Source of the DNA: Oscillospiraceae bacterium
GTDB lineage: Bacteria; Bacillota; Clostridia; Oscillospirales; CAG-272
Reading direction: 5' to 3'
Length of the DNA: 64,000 bases
NCBI GenBank assembly: GCA_015063725.1
Contig: SVTP01000003.1
Span: 23,194 to 87,193, forward strand
The notes beneath the pieces are model-generated. The model saw nothing but the letters and a program-made list of their open reading frames with translations, did not search any database and was not told where the DNA came from. The translations under genes were made by a program, and so were the position numbers. The stretch's first letter is position 1. Each line of letters opens with the position of its first letter. Positions 1-8,907 of the stretch are shown here, in pieces.

Positions 1-166
1 CAGCGATCTCAACAAGGCAGAGACGGCAAGCACCGATCTCGTTGATGTCTTTGAGGTAGCAGAGCGTAGGAATATCGATATGCGCTGCTTTTGCGGCTTC
101 CAGAACCGTGGAACCCTTGGCAACAGAATACTCTTTGCCATTAATTTTTACTTTGATCATATCCAT
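1..166 (-). CDS. hydA: [FeFe]-hydrogenase catalytic subunit, N-terminal fragment (continues past window edge)
   Basis: Reverse translation from 166 gives MDMIKVKINGKEYSVAKGSTVLEAAKAAHIDIPTLCYLKDINEIGACRLCLVEIA. This is a 2Fe-2S ferredoxin-like N-terminus typical of HydA/NuoG-type subunits. A GGAGA RBS lies about 10 nt upstream, and the ORF sits directly downstream of the NuoF-like gene. Confidence 0.6.
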   Translation of the reverse strand, partial: MDMIKVKINGKEYSVAKGSTVLEAAKAAHIDIPTLCYLKDINEIGACRLCLVEIA

Positions 167-184
167 GTCCACAATTCTCCTTTC

Positions 185-2011
185 TTAACCTTTGGAAATA
201 GCCTTGAACTTACATGTGGGCAGGCACGCACCGCACTTTACGCACTTGGAAGTGTCAATTGCGAAGGATGCGAGCTTGTGACCGGGTGCCACATAGTCAG
301 TTCTGGTAATTGCGCTTGCGGGACAGTTCTTAGCACACATACCGCAGCCAATGCACTTATCGGGATCGATGGAGAAGCTGAGCAGGCTCTTGCAAACGCC
401 TGCGGGGCACTTCTTATCAACGATGTGAGCAATGTACTCTTCGCGGAAGTAGCGAAGGGTGGAAAGAACGGGGTTAGGAGCAGTTTGACCAAGACCGCAG
501 AGAGATGCGGACTTGATGTAGTTGGAGAGTTCCTCGAGTCTGTCAAGGTCCTCAAGCTCGCCCTTACCTGCAATGATCTTATCCAAGATCTCAAGCAGTC
601 TCTTGGTACCAACACGGCAAGGTGTGCACTTACCGCAGGATTCATCTACGGTAAAGTCAAGGAAGAAGCGTGCGATGTCAACCATGCAGTTGTCTTCGTC
701 CATAACGATCAGACCGCCGGATCCCATCATAGAGCCGATCTCAAGCAGGTTATCGTAGTCGATAGGAGTATCGATGAGGTGTGCGGGAATGCATCCGCCG
801 GAAGGTCCGCCGGTTTGTGCAGCCTTGAACTTTTTGCCGTTGGGGATGCCTCCACCGATCTCTTCGATGATGTGGCGCAGAGTGGTTCCCATAGGAACTT
901 CTACAAGACCGGTGTTCTTGATCTTACCGCCAAGTGCAAATACCTTGGTTCCCTTGGACTTCTCGGTACCGATGGACTTAAACCAGTCTGCACCCTTGAG
1001 AATAATCTGGGGAATGTTTGCATAGGTCTCAACGTTGTTAAGCACTGTGGGACGGTCGAACAGACCCTTTACTGCCGGGAAAGGAGGACGGGGACGAGGC
1101 TCACCGCGCTTACCCTCGATAGAGGTCATCAGAGCAGTCTCTTCGCCGCATACGAATGCGCCTGCACCCAGACGGATGCCAAGGTCGAATTCAAAGTCAG
1201 TTCCAAAAATGTTCTTGCCGAGAAGTCCATATTCCTTTGCCTGATCGATAGCGATCTGCAAACGCTTAACAGCGATAGGATACTCTGCACGAACGTAAAC
1301 ATAACCCTGGTTTGCACCGATTGCGTAGCCGGCAATCGCCATAGCTTCGATCAGCGCGTGGGGGTCACCCTCGAGGATGGAACGGTCCATAAATGCACCC
1401 GGGTCACCCTCGTCTGCGTTACAGCAAACGTACTTTTGAACGTTGCCGCGATTACCGGAAGCGAACTTCCACTTCATACCTGTCGGGAAGCCTGCACCGC
1501 CGCGTCCGCGGAGACCGGAGTCAAGAATGGTAGCAATAACGTCATCGGGAGTCATCTCGGTCAAAACCTTACCGAGAGCTGCATAACCGTCCATAGCGAT
1601 GTACTCGTCGATGTTCTCGGGGTTGATAACACCGCAGTTACGCAGAGCAAGACGATATTGGGATTTGTAGAAAATGGTGTCGTTGAGCGAAGAATGTGCA
1701 GCTTCTGCATTTTCCTTTGCATCACCGGTATCGTTGTAAACAAGTCTTTCAACGATACGGCCCTTGAGCAGGTGCTCGCTAACGATTTCGGCTACGTCAT
1801 CAACGGTTACGTTGCTGTAGAAGGTACCGTCGGGATAGATGATAACAACGGGGCCCAGAGCGCAAAGACCGAAGCAACCGGTTTGAACAACTTTTACTTC
1901 CTCAACAAGACCGTTCTTTTCGATCTCGCTCTTGAAAGCATCCTGAATTTTCGGGCTTCCGGAAGATGTACAACCTGTACCTCCGCAAACCAATACATGT
2001 GCGCGAATCAT
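185..2011 (-). CDS. hydB: NuoF-like flavoprotein subunit of a bifurcating/NAD(P)-linked [FeFe]-hydrogenase
   Basis: 608 aa. It has an N-terminal thioredoxin-like 2Fe-2S module (VLVCGGTGC...GCFGLC), a NuoF core (GLRGRGGAGFPTGMKWKF, DESCGKCTPCR) and a C-terminal 2x[4Fe-4S] module (CIGCGMCAKNCP, CVKCGACLPTC). Confidence 0.9.
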   Translation of the reverse strand: MIRAHVLVCGGTGCTSSGSPKIQDAFKSEIEKNGLVEEVKVVQTGCFGLCALGPVVIIYPDGTFYSNVTVDDVAEIVSEHLLKGRIVERLVYNDTGDAKENAEAAHSSLNDTIFYKSQYRLALRNCGVINPENIDEYIAMDGYAALGKVLTEMTPDDVIATILDSGLRGRGGAGFPTGMKWKFASGNRGNVQKYVCCNADEGDPGAFMDRSILEGDPHALIEAMAIAGYAIGANQGYVYVRAEYPIAVKRLQIAIDQAKEYGLLGKNIFGTDFEFDLGIRLGAGAFVCGEETALMTSIEGKRGEPRPRPPFPAVKGLFDRPTVLNNVETYANIPQIILKGADWFKSIGTEKSKGTKVFALGGKIKNTGLVEVPMGTTLRHIIEEIGGGIPNGKKFKAAQTGGPSGGCIPAHLIDTPIDYDNLLEIGSMMGSGGLIVMDEDNCMVDIARFFLDFTVDESCGKCTPCRVGTKRLLEILDKIIAGKGELEDLDRLEELSNYIKSASLCGLGQTAPNPVLSTLRYFREEYIAHIVDKKCPAGVCKSLLSFSIDPDKCIGCGMCAKNCPASAITRTDYVAPGHKLASFAIDTSKCVKCGACLPTCKFKAISKG

Positions 2012-2029
2012 AAGATCGATACCTCCAAA

Positions 2030-2404
2030 TTATACATTCTTAGCGGCTGTGATCGTATATTCGGTAACGACCTTTCCGCCCTTGATGTGCTCTTTGAGTA
2101 CTTTTTCAGCCTTTTCAACGGTCATTTTAACGTAAGTAACCTTTTCCTTGCCGGCCTCATAGACCTCAACAACAGGCTCATACTGACAAATGCCGATGCA
2201 ACCGGTTTGGGAAACGACAACGTCGCTGCCAAGACCTTCCTTGTTTACGCCATCAACAAAAGCGTTGAGTACGGGACGTGCGCCTGCTGCGATACCGCAG
2301 GTAGCCATACCTACCACAATGCGGGTGGTGCTGCTGCCTTCACGCAGAACGATCTTGTCCTTCATCTTCTCTCTGATAGCTGCAAGCTCTGCCAAAGATT
2401 TCAT
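2030..2404 (-). CDS. thioredoxin-like (2Fe-2S) ferredoxin (HndB/HydD-like)
   Basis: 124 aa with MATCGIAAGA...QTGCIGICQYEP, the pattern of small 2Fe-2S ferredoxins encoded next to nuoF-like hydrogenase subunits. Confidence 0.8.
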   Translation of the reverse strand: MKSLAELAAIREKMKDKIVLREGSSTTRIVVGMATCGIAAGARPVLNAFVDGVNKEGLGSDVVVSQTGCIGICQYEPVVEVYEAGKEKVTYVKMTVEKAEKVLKEHIKGGKVVTEYTITAAKNV

Positions 2405-2427
2405 AGTTTTGATCCTTCCTTTTATGT

Positions 2428-2979
2428 TTATATATTTTTATATTGCTCACTCAAACTATCTGCGATCCACGAGAGGATCTCGGGCTCGCAAAGCGGAATT
2501 TCGGGTCCCAACACCTCGCGCACTTCCCTTGTGTCAAGTGACACATCAAAAGTACTTGATGTATGTCGGAACTCAAAATCGATATCGGGACTTCCCTGAA
2601 TCAAGGTCGTCACTGTTGAAATAATATCTCCCATAGGAGTAAAGTCGATATGCTGCTTGTAAAAGGTCGCCGTTACCTGCGTTCCGTGATCCTCGGGGTA
2701 CGCCGACTCGTGCTTTGAGGTGATAGTCACCTCACCGCCCGTTTGCTCGGCGGCAAGCTTGAGGAGCGGAATTCCAAGACCGACCTTACGGGTGGTTCTT
2801 GTGGTACAGAACGGATCGATCACACCGCGCAGGATTTCCTCGGTCATACCGGTGCCGTTGTCGATGATCTCCATCGTTAGCAGCTCGTCATCCTCGGTGA
2901 TGTGGATGTTGATCAGCGTTGCCTTTGCCTTGACAGAGTTCATTGTGATATCCAGAACGTTAAGTGAAAGCTCTTTCAT
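2428..2979 (-). CDS. GHKL (histidine-kinase-like) ATPase domain protein
   Basis: 183 aa with IIDNGTGM and GLGIPLLK motifs (N, G1 and G2 boxes). There is no dimerisation/His-phosphotransfer domain. Its 4-nt start overlap with the upstream PHP gene suggests translational coupling. Confidence 0.7.
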   Translation of the reverse strand: MKELSLNVLDITMNSVKAKATLINIHITEDDELLTMEIIDNGTGMTEEILRGVIDPFCTTRTTRKVGLGIPLLKLAAEQTGGEVTITSKHESAYPEDHGTQVTATFYKQHIDFTPMGDIISTVTTLIQGSPDIDFEFRHTSSTFDVSLDTREVREVLGPEIPLCEPEILSWIADSLSEQYKNI

Positions 2980-3716
2980 CTCTTTCCCTCCTTCAAGGTG
3001 CGGAACAGTTCCCTCCTGACAAGCTCCGAGCTATACGGCTCGTCGTGCAACTCAAAGAAGTGTTCCTTATCGCGGATATCCCACAAGTAATGTGCATCCG
3101 ATCCACTCACCAAAAGCATTTTTTGCATCGGCTCGTGAAAGACGCTGAGGGCTTCAGCTTTCTCCATATCGTGTAGCTCGCAAACCGCAAAGCGTGGCTC
3201 GGGTGGAAAAAGACCAAGCGTTGCCAGAATGCCGTTTGCCTCTCTGTCGACGTGTGCGGGAAAGCAAATGCCGTCAAATGCTTCAACCAGCGGTGGAACG
3301 TCCTCCAAAGCCAAGTCAAGTGCATTGGATAAGAGATCCGCTTCTTCGCCGATCACCTCGTCGTTTTCGTTCATCAAAAGCTGATCGCCGAAAATGTCGG
3401 TGCGGTTTGGAATACGGATGCGGTGTTTGTCCACCTCATCGTTGAATGCGAGTGCTTTGTTGATATCCTCAAACAAGCATACCATGTGAATGTCCTCTGC
3501 CGTCGTCAGCTCCATTCCTGCTATGGGAATGATCCCGTTCTTTTTTGCGGCTGCAAAAAATGCGGGACAGTTCCTCGAGGAATTATGATCGGTCAGAGCA
3601 ACGATATTCAAGCCTGCCAGCGCCGCCATGCCCGCAATGTTGTTTGGTGTCATATCATTGTCGGCACACGGAGAAAGACAGGAATGAATGTGAAAATCGT
3701 AGTAGTATCGGTTCAC
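2976..3716 (-). CDS. PHP-domain metal-dependent phosphoesterase
   Basis: YYYDFHIHSCLSPCADNDMTP...ALTDHNS is a PHP signature. I chose the GTG start at 3716, which overlaps the upstream stop as GTGA. The longer ORF-track start at 3806 would overlap the DRTGG gene by about 90 nt. Confidence 0.7.
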   Translation of the reverse strand: MNRYYYDFHIHSCLSPCADNDMTPNNIAGMAALAGLNIVALTDHNSSRNCPAFFAAAKKNGIIPIAGMELTTAEDIHMVCLFEDINKALAFNDEVDKHRIRIPNRTDIFGDQLLMNENDEVIGEEADLLSNALDLALEDVPPLVEAFDGICFPAHVDREANGILATLGLFPPEPRFAVCELHDMEKAEALSVFHEPMQKMLLVSGSDAHYLWDIRDKEHFFELHDEPYSSELVRRELFRTLKEGKR

Positions 3717-4042
3717 TGCAGACACTCCGCCAAAGAAGCGGCAAGCTGATATGCAGTTTTTTCCGAGGTGTAGATGTTGATTTCCTTTTGCAGTGCGGTG
3801 GCACAAACACTTTCGTCAGGCTCAACCCCTTCTGCCAAAATGATGCAGGCAACATCTGCCAGGGATGCGACCGCTACGATATTGATGTTGGACATAATGG
3901 TGATCCAGGCATCGCCACAATCGGCACGCCCCATCACCCAGCTAAGCAGGTCGCCGATGTAAACACCGGTCACCTCGCGGGAGCTGTCCGCCAAGGAAAG
4001 AGGTTTTAGGGAAAGCTTTTCAGCTATATCACAAACTTTCAT
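3713..4042 (-). CDS. DRTGG-domain protein
   Basis: 109 aa with (V)TGVYIGDLLSWVM and ITIMSNINIVAVA, typical of small DRTGG proteins. The start abuts the stop of the hydrogenase-like gene (4043). Confidence 0.6.
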   Translation of the reverse strand: MKVCDIAEKLSLKPLSLADSSREVTGVYIGDLLSWVMGRADCGDAWITIMSNINIVAVASLADVACIILAEGVEPDESVCATALQKEINIYTSEKTAYQLAASLAECLQ

Positions 4043-5326
4043 TTACTTGCCCTCCTCTTTGTTGCTTTGCTGGTCCAAACGTTTGCTTTTTTCTACCGGA
4101 CAGCTGTCGCGCCCTACGTTGCCTCTGATAACGTCCTCGGCAAATGCGCGGCAGGTGGGAGCACCACAGGCACCGCAATCAATTCCGGGGAGAACGTCAC
4201 GCAGCTTTTGGATATCCGACATCATACGAAGGGACTCCGCAAAGTTTTCACTCAGGCGCTGAATGGGACGGTAGGTAGGCATATTTTCAAAAAAGTAATA
4301 TTCGGGAATATACTCTTTCTCATCATCGCTCAAATAGGTTTGCGATACCGGCAGATAGCGACGCAAGGTTTGCAATCTTGCCTTGGCGACAAAGGGATTT
4401 TCCAACGCCATAACACCGCCAACACAGCCGCCCGGGCAGGCGTTGAGCTCGATGAACTCAAGCGTGGAGATGTTTCCGTTCTCCAACTGATCCAGCACGC
4501 GGTTGACGTTTTCGATGCCGTCTGCCGCCAGATACTTATCATTGAAGATTGCCGAGGATTCGCCACCCGAGGTTGCCCAGCCGATGCCGATCATACCAGA
4601 ACGGGAGAACGGGATCGGTGTGCGCTCGCGGCGCATCACATTGATGAGATTAAAGTAGATATCACTGATGGATAAGACCTCGTCTACCCCACTCTTGTAT
4701 TCTCCAAAGCCGTTCTTTACGTAAGAAACCTTTGCAGGACACGGAGAGATGAAGCAGATGCAGATATCGTCATCGGTGAGTTCGGGGTGTTCGCGTTTTG
4801 CCTTATCCCGCGCCATTCGTGCGGCGATCTCCATAGGCGGGAGCATTTGCATAATGTGCTCCTTGAGCATTGGGTAGCGCAGCGAAATGAGACGCAGAAC
4901 GACCGGGCAAGCAGAGCTGATAACGGGCTTGATGACACTTTCGTTTTTGAGGTAAAGACGCGTGTAAGCGGAAACAAGCTCCGCTGCCTGCGAAACCTCC
5001 ACCACGTCGTCAAAGCCGATGTCAAGCAGACCTTGCAAAACGTAGTCAATGTCTTCAAGCTCCTCAAACTGACCGTAAAGTGTAGGTGCTGGAAGTGCGA
5101 CCTTCCATTTGTACTTCATTACGGCATCCAGCTTGCTGTAGGTTGCCTTTTTGGCATTGTTAGGACAGTAACGAATACATACGCCGCAATCAATGCACCT
5201 GTCGGGATTGATGATGGCGTGGCCGTCCTTGATCCGTATTGCCTCGGTCGGGCAACGTTTGAGACACATTGTACACCCCGTGCATCTCGAAACGTCTAAG
5301 GAAACAGAATGCTCATACGTATTCAT
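4043..5326 (-). CDS. [FeFe]-hydrogenase-like (putative sensory) iron-sulfur protein
   Basis: 427 aa. It has an N-terminal 2x[4Fe-4S] module (CTGCTMCLKRCP, CIDCGVCIRYCP). The H-cluster-type motifs are SSACP, SPCPAK and NACPGGCVGG. A C-terminal 4-Cys module reads CGACGAPTCRAFAEDV...CP. Confidence 0.75.
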   Translation of the reverse strand: MNTYEHSVSLDVSRCTGCTMCLKRCPTEAIRIKDGHAIINPDRCIDCGVCIRYCPNNAKKATYSKLDAVMKYKWKVALPAPTLYGQFEELEDIDYVLQGLLDIGFDDVVEVSQAAELVSAYTRLYLKNESVIKPVISSACPVVLRLISLRYPMLKEHIMQMLPPMEIAARMARDKAKREHPELTDDDICICFISPCPAKVSYVKNGFGEYKSGVDEVLSISDIYFNLINVMRRERTPIPFSRSGMIGIGWATSGGESSAIFNDKYLAADGIENVNRVLDQLENGNISTLEFIELNACPGGCVGGVMALENPFVAKARLQTLRRYLPVSQTYLSDDEKEYIPEYYFFENMPTYRPIQRLSENFAESLRMMSDIQKLRDVLPGIDCGACGAPTCRAFAEDVIRGNVGRDSCPVEKSKRLDQQSNKEEGK

Positions 5327-5363
5327 TGGTGACTGTAACTCCTTTGTTGAAAATTTTGGGAAA

Positions 5364-5789
5364 TTACGAAAGGTTGACTGTCATCAAAATTTTGGTTCCC
5401 TTGCCGAGGGCTGAATCGATTGTAAAAGAGTCGGAATAACGCTTCATATTGGGGAGTCCCATGCCCGCACCGAATCCGAGGGAGCGGATATTATCGGGAG
5501 CGGTGGAGAATCCTTCTTGCATTGCAAGATCAATGTTGGCAATGCCGGGACCGTTGTCAATGAGGTGGATCTCAATGCGATCCTCAAAAATCAGCACGTC
5601 AGCCTCGCCGCCTCCGGCGTGAATGACCATATTGATTTCGCCCTCATACATTGCAATAGATACCTTGCGGATGATCTCGGGAGAGATGCCAAGCGCGCGT
5701 AGGTTCTTTTTCACCTTTACCGATGCTTGCCCTGCCGATGTAAAATCATCACCATCTACTGTAAAATGAAAACGAACAGCCTCACTCAT
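5364..5789 (-). CDS. anti-sigma-regulatory-factor-like Ser/Thr kinase (GHKL fold)
   Basis: MSEAVRFHF...IDNGPGIANI...GFGAGMGLPNMKR is a SpoIIAB/RsbW-like ATPase pattern. The start at 5789 overlaps the upstream stop as ATGA. The ORF-track start at 5837 is probably too long. Confidence 0.65.
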   Translation of the reverse strand: MSEAVRFHFTVDGDDFTSAGQASVKVKKNLRALGISPEIIRKVSIAMYEGEINMVIHAGGGEADVLIFEDRIEIHLIDNGPGIANIDLAMQEGFSTAPDNIRSLGFGAGMGLPNMKRYSDSFTIDSALGKGTKILMTVNLS

Positions 5790-6139
5790 ACGGTTGCTCC
5801 TTTTGCGCCAAGACCTGCCGCATAAAGTTTTCCGCAAGCCTCATACATTCTCTTGCTTGTTTTTAAAAGTACCATGCCGTGCTCTTGTGCCAGCGTGATC
5901 ATTTCCAAGGTAGGAGATTTGGAGCGTACGAATACGATGCAAACCATATCCATCATTTCTGCGGTTCTGACCACCTGCGGATTGACAAGTCCCGTAAGCA
6001 GAACTGCCTGATCCTTTACGTATGCGAGAACGTCACTCATCATATCGCTTCCGCAAGCGGAAGCAACTTCCCTGTCGAGTTGATCGCCACCGCAAACGAC
6101 CTCAGCCTCTAAGAGCTCTTGAATTTGAGAAATTTTCAT
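5786..6139 (-). CDS. DRTGG-domain protein
   Basis: 117 aa, paralogous in layout to 3713-4042 (GSDMMSDVLAY, VLLTGLVNPQVVRTAEMMD). Confidence 0.6.
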   Translation of the reverse strand: MKISQIQELLEAEVVCGGDQLDREVASACGSDMMSDVLAYVKDQAVLLTGLVNPQVVRTAEMMDMVCIVFVRSKSPTLEMITLAQEHGMVLLKTSKRMYEACGKLYAAGLGAKGATV

Positions 6140-6170
6140 AAGCGTTTTTCCGGCCTTTCAGATGTTAGGA

Positions 6171-6665
6171 TTATTTATACTTTGCAAGAATGGAATCGAC
6201 GTCATCAACCGTCAGTCTGCCATAAACCTCACCGTTAACGGTAAGAACGGGAGCCAGACCGCAAGCACCGATGCAGCGGGTTGCTTCGATGGAATACTTT
6301 CCGTCGGGAGAGGTGCTGCCAATGGCAACGCCAAGCTTTTCGGAAATTGCGTTGATGATGTCGCCGGAGCCTTTTACGTAGCAAGCGGTACCGAGGCATA
6401 CTGCGATAGCGTACTGACCGTCGGGATTGAGCTTGAACTGTGCGTAGAAGGAAACGATACCGAAGATCTCTTCCAGAGATACACCGGTCTTCAGGGCGAT
6501 GATTTCCTGAACCTCATAAGGCAGGTAACCGTAGATCTCTTGTGCTTCCTGCAGAATAGGCATCATAGCGCCCTTTTCGCCGGCGTGCTTTTCGATAACG
6601 GCAAGCAGTTTTTCTTCCTGCTCTTTTGTTCCGTGAAAATCGACCGTAGTCAATTTCTTTTTCAT
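6171..6665 (-). CDS. hydC: NuoE-like 2Fe-2S subunit of the hydrogenase
   Basis: MPILQEAQEIYGYLP...CLGTACYVKG...CIGACGLAPV is a NuoE/HndA signature. I chose the ATG at 6665, which is preceded by an AGGAGG RBS. The ORF-track start at 6710 is less likely. Confidence 0.85.
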   Translation of the reverse strand: MKKKLTTVDFHGTKEQEEKLLAVIEKHAGEKGAMMPILQEAQEIYGYLPYEVQEIIALKTGVSLEEIFGIVSFYAQFKLNPDGQYAIAVCLGTACYVKGSGDIINAISEKLGVAIGSTSPDGKYSIEATRCIGACGLAPVLTVNGEVYGRLTVDDVDSILAKYK

Positions 6666-6765
6666 GATTTGAAACCTCCTGAAATAGTTTAATGTCGGAA
6701 CGAGTGACACGAAAATCCTTACGTTTTTTACTGTTTTTCGCGTTGTTCACATAATTGGACATCTT

Positions 6766-6794
6766 ATTATACTATATATTTTTAAAAATGTCCA
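6766..6794 (-). promoter_or_regulatory. candidate sigma-A promoter of the hydrogenase operon
   Basis: On the minus strand: TGGACA (6789-6794), a 17-nt spacer, then TATAAT (6766-6771), about 95 nt upstream of the hydC start. Confidence 0.4.
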
Positions 6795-6847
6795 TAGTTT
6801 TTCGAGAAAAAATTGTGTTTTTGTCAAAATTTTATCAAGTTTTTTTT

Positions 6848-6890
6848 GCAAAAACAAAAAATCCCCTGCCAATTTGTCGATCAGCAGGGT
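6848..6890 (-). terminator. rho-independent terminator after the esterase gene
   Basis: The minus-strand RNA reads CCCUGC...GCAGGG followed by GAUUUUUUGUUUUUG. Confidence 0.6.
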
Positions 6891-6903
6891 GATTTTTACA
6901 ATT

Positions 6904-7719
6904 TTAAACGTTTTTAAAGAAGAAATCCACCGACTCCTGCACCCAAGATGCGCATGGATGCGGTGCCAATGGTGCGGACTGCGGCTCGGTGACATAGTTG
7001 CCAAGTCCCGTGCCATGACGGTCGCCACTCCAGATGCGGATCTCGTAAGGAACCCGCTTCTCTGCCAGTGCCGATGCAAAATCCAAAGAGGCCTTTGCAG
7101 GGACGGTAGAATCCGACCTCGTATGCCACAAATAGGTGGGCGGCGTAGCGCGGTTGACTTGGTTTTCAAGGTTGAGCAGAGCTTGTACCTCTTCGGTCAG
7201 ATCCTCTTCCCTCTTTGAAAACAAATTGAGGTAGGAGCCCTTGTGCGAGGCGATGTTGATAACGGGATACGCCAAGAACATAGCATTAGGACGATAGATC
7301 TCGCGCTCATTCTCAAGATAGGCATCCAAGCAAGCGTGATTCCAAAGTGTGCCCGTGCAAGCCGCCAGATGTCCGCCTGCCGAAAAGCCGCAAATGGCAA
7401 TTTTTGCAGGGTCAATACCGTATTCCTTGGCGTTCTCACGCACAAAACGGATCGCGTGCAAGGCTTCAAGCAGGGCTTGCGGAAAACGTGCGGGATAAAC
7501 GCTGTAATCCAAAACGAATGCGCAAAATCCGCGTGCAAGATACTCCAGAGCGATGGGCTCTCCCTCGCCGGGATAGGTCATTTCATATCCGCCGCCGGGC
7601 AGAACAATGATTGCGGGGCGGTTCTCTTTGAAATAGGTGCGCGGAGCGGCATCAGGGAGATAACAGGTGAGCGGAGCCGAAGCCTCCCCTACCTTGATTT
7701 CCTGCTTGAAATATTGCAT
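6904..7719 (-). CDS. alpha/beta-hydrolase (acetyl-esterase/lipase-like)
   Basis: 271 aa with an oxyanion-type VLPGGGY motif and the nucleophile elbow GFSAGGHLA. Confidence 0.75.
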   Translation of the reverse strand: MQYFKQEIKVGEASAPLTCYLPDAAPRTYFKENRPAIIVLPGGGYEMTYPGEGEPIALEYLARGFCAFVLDYSVYPARFPQALLEALHAIRFVRENAKEYGIDPAKIAICGFSAGGHLAACTGTLWNHACLDAYLENEREIYRPNAMFLAYPVINIASHKGSYLNLFSKREEDLTEEVQALLNLENQVNRATPPTYLWHTRSDSTVPAKASLDFASALAEKRVPYEIRIWSGDRHGTGLGNYVTEPQSAPLAPHPCASWVQESVDFFFKNV

Positions 7720-7737
7720 TTTGACGTCCTTTCTTGC

Positions 7738-8835
7738 CTACATCACGCGTTCCAGAATATCGGCAATGCGAACCGAGGCATCGCCGCTACCGTAAACAGA
7801 TGCAGGCGTTTTCATTTTTTTGTATTCTTTTGAGTGCGGCTTGAGAAGCTCTTTGCCAAGGTTGAAAATTCCCTCTTCGCTGCATCCCGCCAGGCGAAGA
7901 ACGCCTGCCTTGATGCCCTCACTGCGCTCGGTTGAGTGCCTTGTAACGATTGTGGGAATGCCAAGCGCTACGGCCTCCTCCTGAATGCCACCGCTATCGG
8001 TCATTACAAGATAGGTGCGCGCAAGGAGTTGATGAAAAGATAGAATATCGGGCGGCTCGATCACGCGGATACGCTCCTGCCCCCGAATCACCTCGGCGGC
8101 GGCTCTCACTCCCGGATTGTGGTGGAGCGGACAAACCGCTATCACGTCGGGAAACTCATTGACAAGTCGTGAAAGTGCCGAAAACATCCCCTTCATCTGC
8201 TCGCCCATGCTCTCTCTGCGGTGTGCCGTAAACAGAACCAAGCGATAATCGGTGGGGATATTCCAGCTAGGTCGGTGAAAATCATTACCAAGGGTAAAGC
8301 GCAAAGCATCGACCACGGTGTTCCCCGTAACAAATACGGATTTTTTCTTCTTCCCTTCTCGCAAAAGGTTTTCCTTTGCCATCTCGGTTGGGGCAAAGTG
8401 CCATTTGGCGATCAAACCGATTACCTGCCGATGGAACTCCTCGGGATAGGGGGAGTCGATATGATAAGTTCGCAGTCCCGCTTCGACATGCGCTATGGGA
8501 ATCCTTCTCTGAAACGCCGCAAGAGCACCTGCAAAGGCGGTGGTGGTATCTCCTTGCACAATAACAAGGTCGGGGCGCTCGGCGGCAAGGATCTCGTCAA
8601 GCCCCTTGAGGATCCGCGCCGTTACACTTGAGAGCGTTTGCCCCGTTCGCATCACGTCAAGATCAAAATCGGGCTTGACACCAAAGGCGCGCAAAACGCC
8701 GTCCAGCATACTGCGGTGCTGACCGGTTGAACAGACCAAAATCTCCTGCTTTTTACGCCGTTTCAGCTCCAAAACCAATGGGCAAAGCTTGATCGCCTCG
8801 GGGCGTGTGCCCATTACTATCATGATACGTTCCAT
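7738..8835 (-). CDS. wecB: UDP-N-acetylglucosamine 2-epimerase (non-hydrolysing)
   Basis: 365 aa with MGTRPEAIKL, VQGDTTT, AHVEAGLRT and TDSGGIQEEA, all classic WecB/MnaA motifs. Confidence 0.9.
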   Translation of the reverse strand: MERIMIVMGTRPEAIKLCPLVLELKRRKKQEILVCSTGQHRSMLDGVLRAFGVKPDFDLDVMRTGQTLSSVTARILKGLDEILAAERPDLVIVQGDTTTAFAGALAAFQRRIPIAHVEAGLRTYHIDSPYPEEFHRQVIGLIAKWHFAPTEMAKENLLREGKKKKSVFVTGNTVVDALRFTLGNDFHRPSWNIPTDYRLVLFTAHRRESMGEQMKGMFSALSRLVNEFPDVIAVCPLHHNPGVRAAAEVIRGQERIRVIEPPDILSFHQLLARTYLVMTDSGGIQEEAVALGIPTIVTRHSTERSEGIKAGVLRLAGCSEEGIFNLGKELLKPHSKEYKKMKTPASVYGSGDASVRIADILERVM

Positions 8836-8907
8836 ATCCGTACCTCCTCGTTGACATCGTTACAATGTACGAAAAAGTGCGGATATTTAGAACGGTTCAG
8901 AAAAAGA

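Noticed and set aside
80-2599. 839-aa plus-strand ORF spanning the hydB region
   Set aside because: It is antisense to a gene with unmistakable NuoF motifs. The translation is low-complexity (rich in Cys, Gly, Val and Leu), has no recognisable domain or RBS, and would also run across two further minus-strand genes.
6745-6756. Rex (redox repressor) operator upstream of the hydrogenase operon
   Set aside because: Only one TGTGAA half-site is present. The partner TTCACA half at the expected spacing is missing.
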